Below the pieces are notes generated by a model, which saw only the letters and a program-made list of their open reading frames with translations, was not told the origin of the DNA and searched no databases. A DNA stretch of 47,174 nucleotides, from contig JAERSJ010000108.1 in the NCBI GenBank assembly GCA_016845825.1, forward strand, positions 1 through 47,174. The letters run 5' to 3'. The stretch comes from Methanobacteriota archaeon. Its GTDB lineage: Archaea > Thermoplasmatota > Poseidoniia > MGIII > CG-Epi1. Each line of letters begins with the position of its first letter. Position 1 is the stretch's first letter. The position numbers and the translations under genes are program-made. Below are positions 1 through 7,924 of this stretch, piece after piece.

Positions 1-2233
1 TATCAGAAATATCGATATCAATTGCATCTGATTTCGCATCATAAATCATCGAGTTTGATAGGCTTATTTCACTCGAATACAAAATATGAATAAGATCATC
101 ATAGTTAACATTATTGGAAATGCTAAGGTTAGACATATCGACCCTTTTAGAAGAATAAATAGAGAACATCCCAGTAAATACATACCCATCAAAAGTGCCA
201 CCACTACCGCCTGACATATTTGTATATTTAAAAGTCGAATCACTAGTTCCCTCACCAACGAGAGCTACAACTCCCCACGGATGTTCTCCAGCTCCAGCTC
301 TTATAAATTTAATATTTTTTTCTTGAGACCCAATAGATTTAACTCTATTTTTAAAAATAACTGATGCATCTGGGCCCAATTCGATGATTGTACCGGGCAA
401 TATAGTAATCGGCTGGTCAATGATCACTAGCTTCTCGATATAGACCGTACCCTGCCAAACCAATTCTTCGACTTCGGGTGCAAGATTCAACGGCGTATTA
501 CCTATTGCGCTGGAGTACTTTTTAAGGTCTATATCTCTCTCAGAAAGCTTAAATTCATTAGACCCAAAAAACATGACAGATACTTCTGTAACTGGAGCCG
601 CTTCATCAAGTAAGAATGAAAATATTGTGGGTTTTATTTCGAATCCAACACCAGCTTTAAACGTTGTTATCCGTGACCTATCATCTTGAGGCCTTATTCT
701 ATTTGAGGTCAAAGCAATATCAAATATAGAGCATCCATTCTGATCTACTGTACCTTCAAATAGAAGGGAGTCTTGGCTCGCTATCCAAAGCCGCTTGGGC
801 TGCGCACCGACAATTGAGCATACTTTTATTTTGTTAGTAGGTGTATAGGCGTCAATGACAAGATCTAACCTATCCCCAGTTTGCCTCCAAGAGACTAATT
901 TGGGTGATTCAAGACCTCTCTTAAGTTCACTCTCAATAAAATCTATTCTTTGCAAAAGCTTTTTGAATTCACGTTCCATAGCGCCATCAAACATCAAGCT
1001 CTTATCAAACTCATTTGTAAGGGCAAATTGAACGTGAGACGGATCATCTCTCCATGACTGCTTTATGAATTCAAAGATACGGGAAGCCTCTTTTCTTATT
1101 TCGCTATAGAAGTCCTTCTCAATAAGACTGTTCAGTATTTTATACTTTTCATAAAGGAAACTGGAGTTGTTGGTATAAACCTCGGTTAAAGCATGTGCAG
1201 CATTGTCCATTATAAATGGCTCTGTAACCAGTAAGCGGGATTTTGTATCATTGAAAATTGTGTCAAAAGCTATAGGATAAACTTCGCCTCGCCAGGGATC
1301 ACTGATAAGGTACATATTGTTTGCTTCATAGTTGTGCCAAGACTGCATAATAGTTTCATATGCAGAGAATCGGGCCCACCGCTCCACGTTAGCAATCTTT
1401 TTTAGCTTCTGTAATTTCGAGAGATCATTTACAGAGGACCTTGTTAAAGTCAAAAATTCTTCTAGATCAGAGTAATCAGACTCAGCCCGAGCATTGAACA
1501 CAGCTCTTTTTTCCCACAAATATGGGTTATTAAAAAGGTCGTTATCCTGATTAAGTGGCTTGTCTGTTCTGGAGGGAGTGCCTTTATATACGTTAACAGG
1601 CATGGAGCCAGTCATTCTTAAGAAGTTTTCATCTATATGCTGAGTCTCTAGATACAGCCCCTGGTACTTATCATTAATATACAGTTCCACAAATTGGTAC
1701 TTTGGAACTGAAATATTCATCCGCTGAGCTATGTAGTAACCCAAATAGGTATTGATGAGGGCAGTGTCTCTAGGTAAAGAATAATTGAACACCCTCATTC
1801 CATCTTTTAAATTGCTTTTCTTTCTTTTAATTCTCCAGGACTTTTTATCATGCAACCAATTATTTGGGTTATCTCCTCTGTGCTTGACACTTATTTTTTT
1901 TAGTTCACCTGCGTCAACGATAAGACCATCAACCCACTCTTTAACTGAGAGTGGAAGTTTCGCTACTAACTTCTTTTGGTTCTTCTCTGATATGTATAAC
2001 CGTACTTTTTCGACATTAGTGCTATGTGGCCGACGAATTGACTTATAAGACTTTTCGAAAGAACTAAGGACATCCATTTCAACAGAATTATATTCTCCGA
2101 GTGACTGTCCTTCTAAAATATACACTGACTTCCATAAAGCGCCAATTGAGTTAACCGAGCCCACTAGAAAAGCTATCAACACAATAATCAGCACAGATAG
2201 ACCAGTTCTTTTTTGTTGTTTTGAGAGAGTCAC
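1..2233 (-). CDS. CotH-family atypical kinase-like protein with N-terminal membrane anchor and C-terminal beta-helix-like repeats; 3' end runs off the window (not in the ORF track because it has no in-window stop)
   Basis: Manual minus-strand translation from GTG (2233-2231, 1 nt after the upstream stop) stays open to base 1 (~744 codons). N-terminus VTLSKQQKRTGLSVLIIVLIAFLVGSV is a TM anchor. CotH-like motifs: VKHRGDNPNNW..KKSWRIKRKK, LPRDTALINTYLGYYIAQRMNISVPKYQFVELYINDKYQGLYLETQHIDENFL, WHNYEANNMYLISDPWRGEVYPIAFD. Distal part (GGSGGTFDGYVF.., SNLSISNNVNYDD.., YDAKSDAIDIDISD) looks like parallel beta-helix turns. Confidence 0.75.
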   Translation of the reverse strand, partial: MTLSKQQKRTGLSVLIIVLIAFLVGSVNSIGALWKSVYILEGQSLGEYNSVEMDVLSSFEKSYKSIRRPHSTNVEKVRLYISEKNQKKLVAKLPLSVKEWVDGLIVDAGELKKISVKHRGDNPNNWLHDKKSWRIKRKKSNLKDGMRVFNYSLPRDTALINTYLGYYIAQRMNISVPKYQFVELYINDKYQGLYLETQHIDENFLRMTGSMPVNVYKGTPSRTDKPLNQDNDLFNNPYLWEKRAVFNARAESDYSDLEEFLTLTRSSVNDLSKLQKLKKIANVERWARFSAYETIMQSWHNYEANNMYLISDPWRGEVYPIAFDTIFNDTKSRLLVTEPFIMDNAAHALTEVYTNNSSFLYEKYKILNSLIEKDFYSEIRKEASRIFEFIKQSWRDDPSHVQFALTNEFDKSLMFDGAMEREFKKLLQRIDFIESELKRGLESPKLVSWRQTGDRLDLVIDAYTPTNKIKVCSIVGAQPKRLWIASQDSLLFEGTVDQNGCSIFDIALTSNRIRPQDDRSRITTFKAGVGFEIKPTIFSFLLDEAAPVTEVSVMFFGSNEFKLSERDIDLKKYSSAIGNTPLNLAPEVEELVWQGTVYIEKLVIIDQPITILPGTIIELGPDASVIFKNRVKSIGSQEKNIKFIRAGAGEHPWGVVALVGEGTSDSTFKYTNMSGGSGGTFDGYVFTGMFSIYSSKRVDMSNLSISNNVNYDDLIHILYSSEISLSNSMIYDAKSDAIDIDISD

Positions 2234-2234
2234 T

Positions 2235-3230
2235 TTAAGAATCGCAAGAGGTGGAATTATTAAGAGCTAATTTTTTAATCGTTGCTTCAATTACGACCTT
2301 ATCCGCTAAGTGATCGACAATACCCGGCAACTCAAAAAAAATATTCTCTCCCCTAGGGTTCATCGAAATAACGCTACCATCGATAAAGTAACCAGTTTCA
2401 GGGTAGAGAGAAATAGCATCTTCTTTGTAAGAGCGAAAAAGTCGGCCCTCTGAATAAAGTTGTATATTGTGAAAAGACACTTCTAATCCGCCACCTACGG
2501 CCAATCTTAAAGATGGTGAAATTAGCTGATTTTGACCTCCAAGTATAAATTCATATTTTGTCCGCTCACCCAACTGGACACCTTCATTCAAAAATAAATC
2601 TCGAACATTATCTTTCGAAAACTCCAGCGCCAATCTTCTAAAACCAATACCAAGAAGCGTTGACGACTTAGACTCTTTATAGTCTCCAAATTGCGCACTC
2701 TTGTATGCAGCGCACCATGCTTTCTTATCCTCTGTATCACTGGATTTTCGAACTATAATATTCGCCAATTGGAAAATACGCTGGTCTGAGGGAAGAATCA
2801 TCATTGCCTTATCAAGATAGCTTAAAGATTTTTCTACGTCTTTAAATTGGTAAGCACTTGCCAACATGATATTAATATCTATATGCCTCGGATTTAAAAA
2901 ATAAACTTTTTCTAAAAGATCAATAAATCTTTCTCGCTCTTCCCTTAAGACAGCCACCTCATATGCTTTCTTAACATTTTCCAACAGGCCTGGTGTGAGT
3001 CGATTGTTTTGTCCGCCATAAGAATTTGCTAAATCATATTGCCGATACAGCCATGGTAAGACTCTATCGAAATCGCGAGTAACAAGCCCACCCTTCATCG
3101 ACTGCATAAACGCAAACTCAGGAAAGTGTATGATCCCTGTAAAAATTATATGGCGTGCTTTAGGTTGCGCTAACAATGTAAGCATGCCTAGAAATACCGT
3201 AATAAATATTATTAAAATTGACTTTCTCAT
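2235..3230 (-). CDS. Exported hypothetical protein (signal peptide, TPR-like helical middle, beta-rich C-terminus); function unknown
   Basis: ORF track, 331 aa. N-terminus MRKSILIIFITVFLGMLTLLAQP resembles a signal peptide. ATGA start/stop overlap with the upstream gene. No family recognised by eye. Confidence 0.5.
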   Translation of the reverse strand: MRKSILIIFITVFLGMLTLLAQPKARHIIFTGIIHFPEFAFMQSMKGGLVTRDFDRVLPWLYRQYDLANSYGGQNNRLTPGLLENVKKAYEVAVLREERERFIDLLEKVYFLNPRHIDINIMLASAYQFKDVEKSLSYLDKAMMILPSDQRIFQLANIIVRKSSDTEDKKAWCAAYKSAQFGDYKESKSSTLLGIGFRRLALEFSKDNVRDLFLNEGVQLGERTKYEFILGGQNQLISPSLRLAVGGGLEVSFHNIQLYSEGRLFRSYKEDAISLYPETGYFIDGSVISMNPRGENIFFELPGIVDHLADKVVIEATIKKLALNNSTSCDS

Positions 3231-4213
3231 CTAGACACACCAAATAAAGTTTGTGCTGAATATTCGCTTGGAGGAACCTCGGAAAGTAACGATTCACCCC
3301 TAAAAAACCTGATAACTTCTTGCGTTGCTTCTATTTCCATACTGGATCTACAATCTACTGTCATTGAACCCATATGCGCAGTATTAATACAATTATCGCA
3401 ATACGACAGTTTTCCAAAATATGGCTCTTGTTCATAAGTATCTATAGCTGCACCCCCAATAATTCCATCCTCGAGGGCATTAAATAAGTCATCTTCGTTT
3501 ATTATCCCGCCTCTCGAAGTATTAATGATATAGGCAGATTCCTTCATCAACCTGAGTTGATCTTTCGTTATCATATTGTATGTTTTGTTAGTTAACGGTA
3601 CATGAAGGGAAATGATATCTGAGTTTGCATAAATATGTTCTTTACTGCAAACAGTAACATGGTCTCCGAAACCCTGTAAATTATCATTAATATCATTGAT
3701 AAAAATATTTTTCGAGCCAAAGCCAATGAGGTGATTTATAACCCTACGTCCAATTCGCCCACCTCCAATAATCCCTATATTAATTTGCGATAGCCTACAG
3801 CCAAAATACCTCTCCCATTTGCCGTTAAGGAAATCGGTATTCGACTTAGTAATAGATCTTGCTAATGAGAGCATTAAACCTATTGCTAACTCCGCCACAG
3901 CTGGCGCGGGCGCGTCAGGGGTGTATGATACCTTGACTTTATTCCTTTTAGCTGCACTTAAATCGACAGAGTCCAGGCCGATACCGACGCGAGATATAAA
4001 CCGTAGATTCTTTCCACGATCAAAAACTTCCTGACCTATCTCTTCTGTGCCTGCGATTATAGCATCGAAATCCGTTATTAATTCAGCTAGCTCTCCAGGC
4101 TGAAGCTTTCTATTAAGTGGGTTTATAACATATTCGATATGGTTCTCATCAAGAAGATCTAAAGGTTGAGAATTCATATTTCCAAAAGGTATTGTTGTCA
4201 CCAAAACTTTCAT
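3227..4213 (-). CDS. D-isomer-specific 2-hydroxyacid dehydrogenase (phosphoglycerate-dehydrogenase-like), NAD-dependent
   Basis: GIIGGGRIGRRV Rossmann motif, SRGGIINEDDL, and a catalytic-His region TAHMGS. Confidence 0.8.
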   Translation of the reverse strand: MKVLVTTIPFGNMNSQPLDLLDENHIEYVINPLNRKLQPGELAELITDFDAIIAGTEEIGQEVFDRGKNLRFISRVGIGLDSVDLSAAKRNKVKVSYTPDAPAPAVAELAIGLMLSLARSITKSNTDFLNGKWERYFGCRLSQINIGIIGGGRIGRRVINHLIGFGSKNIFINDINDNLQGFGDHVTVCSKEHIYANSDIISLHVPLTNKTYNMITKDQLRLMKESAYIINTSRGGIINEDDLFNALEDGIIGGAAIDTYEQEPYFGKLSYCDNCINTAHMGSMTVDCRSSMEIEATQEVIRFFRGESLLSEVPPSEYSAQTLFGVSR

Positions 4214-4225
4214 ATCAATCGATCC

Positions 4226-5659
4226 TTAGGTGCATGTATTATTAACAGCGACCGAGATCAAATATTCATATATTCGCTTGGATACATGCGAGTCTGAATA
4301 ACAATAATCACTATTTTTAATTATTTTTTGAGTAGATTCGACCCTAGGAGGGGCAAGAATACATCGCTTTAAATTTTTATAGTCGCTTATCACATTTTCG
4401 TCTGCATGGACAAACTGATTGATAAAAGGATTCCCTTTATCTGGATCTAAAAAAATAACATTTAATCCATGTCCTGCCAGCTCATAACCCATACTCGAAC
4501 CATAGGTAATGATAAATTTTGACCGGTACGCCAACTCGTAACTATCGATATTTTTCTCTAAATATGTAATACCGCTGCCCTCTATGATCTCCAACTCTTT
4601 TTTATCAAAAATCCAACTAGGGTGATGCTTTATTGCTATACGCAAGTTTTGTGACTCACTCGCGAGCTTAACTAACCACGCAACAGATTTGTAATAACCT
4701 CTCCAGTCAGTTCTTGAAGAAGTTATGGCATTTATCCCTACAAACAACACATCAATGCTTGGACTCTTCTTCAGAGTAGCTGTATCTAATTTGCGTATAG
4801 ATTTTTCCATAGCAAATGACCCAACTGGAAAAACATGATCTACCCTCCCTCCAAGAGACAGCGCATCTTGCAACGTTTTATCGCCATAGGAGAAAAAAAT
4901 ATCAATGTCATAGAACAATGCTAGACCATCATGTTGAACGATATTTTTCTGAACACATGCTGCCACAACACCACCAGACTGTTTAAACAAATGATTCTTT
5001 AACGCATTAGTTCTACCTAAATTTCTATCTTGGATCATATATTTGGCAGAAAAAATCTTGAAAAGAGAGTAGTAATATAAATAATCATTAATAAAGAATG
5101 AATGCAGATGAATCAGATTTATATTTAGCCTAAAGGAATACCAAACCAAAAAAACAAGATCCCTAAAAAAGAATCTGAGACTGCCACGCAGCAAAAGACT
5201 CCTATCATAGCCCTTTAAAATCTCACGAGAAATGACAACACTGGTATCTGATTTAATATTCCTAGATTTAGCAACGTAAACAGTTTGCGGGGATGTAAAC
5301 TCCTGCTCCAATGAATACCATCTATCAAGCTCATTCTGCTGTTGAATATCATCAATCAATAATGAAAACTTTTGACTCTTCCCTATTATTTTCTTTGAAA
5401 ATACAAAAACTGAAAGCATAAGCCCAAGATATTTGATGATGGATACAATTAGATAATTTAAGGAAAGAGCCCGGTTAAATTTAGATAACTTCAAATCATA
5501 GTTAGAAGCTATTCTTTGTTTTATATACTGTGAACTTACCTTATGCGGGACACCAAATCTGTCTGAGTAAAAAGAACCAATCTCCTCTCCAACCTGATCG
5601 GTAAACATAGAGGTAATTTTTAATTCCAAAATTTTTACGGTCGCAAAACTTTTACTCAT
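4226..5659 (-). CDS. Membrane-anchored putative TagF-like phosphotransferase / GT-B-fold transferase
   Basis: 477 aa with one hydrophobic helix (LNYLIVSIIKYLGLMLSVFVFS). C-terminal IAIKHHPSW ... FIITYGSSMGYELAGHGLNVIFLDPD resembles the K-HP ... ITDYSS ... P-I-F pattern of CDP-glycerol glycerophosphotransferases. By-eye resemblance only. Confidence 0.35.
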   Translation of the reverse strand: MSKSFATVKILELKITSMFTDQVGEEIGSFYSDRFGVPHKVSSQYIKQRIASNYDLKLSKFNRALSLNYLIVSIIKYLGLMLSVFVFSKKIIGKSQKFSLLIDDIQQQNELDRWYSLEQEFTSPQTVYVAKSRNIKSDTSVVISREILKGYDRSLLLRGSLRFFFRDLVFLVWYSFRLNINLIHLHSFFINDYLYYYSLFKIFSAKYMIQDRNLGRTNALKNHLFKQSGGVVAACVQKNIVQHDGLALFYDIDIFFSYGDKTLQDALSLGGRVDHVFPVGSFAMEKSIRKLDTATLKKSPSIDVLFVGINAITSSRTDWRGYYKSVAWLVKLASESQNLRIAIKHHPSWIFDKKELEIIEGSGITYLEKNIDSYELAYRSKFIITYGSSMGYELAGHGLNVIFLDPDKGNPFINQFVHADENVISDYKNLKRCILAPPRVESTQKIIKNSDYCYSDSHVSKRIYEYLISVAVNNTCT

Positions 5660-5690
5660 TCTAACATCTCCCTAACCCTAGCCTAGAATG

Positions 5691-6155
5691 CTAGTGATCA
5701 CTTCCGACGTTAACTTTGATTGTAACTTTTTTAATAAACTCTGCAGTACCGTCACAATGTTTAGGAGAATGCCCGTCCTTTTCAAAAAAAATGGCGAAAA
5801 TACCATTTCCAATGTCAGCATATGTTGATTGGCTATGTGGACTTGTGAAATAAGTTCGGTCCTCTTCGTCTTGATATGGGACTTCTGTATCCATACCTTC
5901 AATCGGCGACCACAAAACTTTTTCTATTCCATAAATTGGGTACTGTATATCTATTACTCTCTTATGAGACTCAAATAGAATACTGCTTTGATCTGACGTC
6001 ATGTACTCCTCAACAATTGCTTTGACGTTATCATTTATAGTGTAAACACCTAATTCGACATCAGGTTTCATGTCCTTTAAAAACAAAAGGCCCTTATAGA
6101 TATCAGGCGATAGATTCTTATAAATCTCTATATTGCTGAGGGTGTCTATTATCAT
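5691..6155 (-). CDS. YhcH/YjgK/YiaL (DUF386, NanQ-like) cupin, sialic-acid anomerase family
   Basis: Aligns by eye with E. coli YhcH: [21 protein letters not shown] vs [47 protein letters not shown] vs GMFAVFMPGEPHKPGC..EIKKVVVKV. Confidence 0.7.
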   Translation of the reverse strand: [154 protein letters not shown]

Positions 6156-6182
6156 TCTATATTATCCAATAATATCGGTAAA

Positions 6183-7142
6183 TCAAACCGTCTTCCTTAA
6201 AAACACTCTATAATGATCACCCAACAAAAGATCATTTAAAGTATCCTGCATATTAATGATTCTCTCAGTGATATCTACCTCAAATTCTTCTAAAAGGATA
6301 GTTTGTAAATCCAAGCCATTTGTTTCGATTGATACTATCTCCAGATCAAAATCCTGAGCAATTTTTTCTATTACCGTCTTTGAAAAAAATATGTTATGCC
6401 TACCACTTTCTATGTACCGAGTGGGGGAAAAAGGAACCTTTTTTAAATATTCACTAATAAAGCAATTTGCAGACGGAACCTCAAAAACAATCATTCCAGA
6501 AGGGTCTAATACTTCACATGCTTTTTTTACAGCTAAAACAGGATCTGAAAGATGTTCAAGTACTCCCCAGAAGGTGACAACATCAAATTTTTTTTCAAAA
6601 CTCATTTCATTGAAATCACCATGATGAATTGTAATATTGTGCGTACTAGTTGAGTTAGGGGAGGGATCCACGCCTTCTGAATTCCATCCATTTTCATTAC
6701 ATATGTCGAGGAAAGTGCCACTGCCGCAACCGACATCCAACAAATCAACTTCATCTTTTTCTAGTAATACTCGAATTTGCTCGAATTTTCTCTGCTCAAG
6801 TATGCCTTTTCTTAATTTGCTCCCTTTTTTTACTAGATTATCCTGATAGTATTGATAAGTTCCATCACTATATAACGACTCCAACACCCCATCTCTCAAA
6901 TGAGGTTTTGTATAAAGGGAGTTGCATGATAAACAGCGATGGTAGGCAAAATTATCAATCTCGAATTCTTCAACACTTAGCTCTGCTTGACATATGGGAC
7001 ATGCTCTGACGTGAAAGTATTCAGCCTTAGGCGAACCATCCTTGGTGAACCATTTTTTTATACTTTTTGAAAAAAACTCATGTACGCTTACCAAGTCTTG
7101 TTTTGACTTTAAGAGAAATAAGTCCAATTTTATTTTATCCAT
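6183..7142 (-). CDS. Class I SAM-dependent methyltransferase with N-terminal CxxC...CxxC zinc ribbon
   Basis: CPICQ...CLSCN; motif I LLDVGCGSGTFL; VTFWGVLEHL. Confidence 0.8.
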   Translation of the reverse strand: MDKIKLDLFLLKSKQDLVSVHEFFSKSIKKWFTKDGSPKAEYFHVRACPICQAELSVEEFEIDNFAYHRCLSCNSLYTKPHLRDGVLESLYSDGTYQYYQDNLVKKGSKLRKGILEQRKFEQIRVLLEKDEVDLLDVGCGSGTFLDICNENGWNSEGVDPSPNSTSTHNITIHHGDFNEMSFEKKFDVVTFWGVLEHLSDPVLAVKKACEVLDPSGMIVFEVPSANCFISEYLKKVPFSPTRYIESGRHNIFFSKTVIEKIAQDFDLEIVSIETNGLDLQTILLEEFEVDITERIINMQDTLNDLLLGDHYRVFLRKTV

Positions 7143-7170
7143 TTTACTTACTGACCTTTACAAGTTGGCT

Positions 7171-7845
7171 TTAATTATCGTTCTTAGCGAATAGACGTTT
7201 AAACATTAATTCGCAAAAATCAAAATCTTCTTGAGTATCAATATCCCAAGAACTTAACTTATCCATATAATAGAAACTGGGTGAACTCCCGACACAAGAG
7301 CCCCACTTAATCATATCAGTTCTTTTGAGAATATTTATCGCAAAGGTTAAAGAACATAACCCATGAAGATCTTGAGATCTTGGCCAAGGATTTGGAACAA
7401 AATTGACGGGTACGCCATTGTAAAAAATATTTTCTTGGACATTAATAGCACTCAGAAGACAGTCATAACTAGTTTCCATCTCACGATATAACTCTACTGC
7501 TTTAGAATAAACATGTGAATCCGATAGAGGATTTGTCGCGTTTATCCAAGCAATATTATCACCCTCAATCTCAGATGCGATAAAAGAATACACTTCGCTC
7601 ATCGGGATGTCGCTTGTTGAGTACTTAGGGTCACGTTCATGAATATCAAATCCATTAGCGATCGCAATATCCAAGACTTTCGGGCTCTCAGACGAGACAA
7701 TTAATTTATCAAAACCTTCAGCTCTGGATAGCTGATCTAGCTTTACTTCTAGTAAAGATTTGCCATGAAACTCTCTTAAATTTTTATTTGGAACTCTCTC
7801 CGAAGTCCCCTTGATAGGAATCAAACCAACAATACTACCAATCAT
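7171..7845 (-). CDS. Acylneuraminate (nonulosonate) cytidylyltransferase family, NeuA/LegF-like
   Basis: N-terminal GLIPIKGTSERVPNKNL matches the CMP-sialate synthetase type motif (..PARGGSKR.P.KN.). 224 aa. Confidence 0.7.
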   Translation of the reverse strand: MIGSIVGLIPIKGTSERVPNKNLREFHGKSLLEVKLDQLSRAEGFDKLIVSSESPKVLDIAIANGFDIHERDPKYSTSDIPMSEVYSFIASEIEGDNIAWINATNPLSDSHVYSKAVELYREMETSYDCLLSAINVQENIFYNGVPVNFVPNPWPRSQDLHGLCSLTFAINILKRTDMIKWGSCVGSSPSFYYMDKLSSWDIDTQEDFDFCELMFKRLFAKNDN

Positions 7846-7924
7846 GCTGAAAACACTCCCTTAATTGAAGTAATAATTTAAAATAAATTTTTAGAACGCG
7901 CTGGTCACATCTATTTACCAATAT

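Noticed and set aside
204-211. Exact ops core GGCGGTAG on the minus strand inside the CotH-like gene
   Set aside because: It lies within coding sequence (encoding SGGSGG) at the far 3' end of the operon and lacks the downstream nnTG spacing. One exact 8-mer hit is roughly what chance predicts in 2 x 47 kb.
5678-5902. Same-strand, out-of-frame ORFs nested in real genes (5678-5902, 10140-10355, 25970-26173, 34134-34409, 42357-42563, 44873-45364, 45932-46159, 64-258)
   Set aside because: Each lies inside a longer ORF whose translation shows clear family motifs. The nested frames show none.
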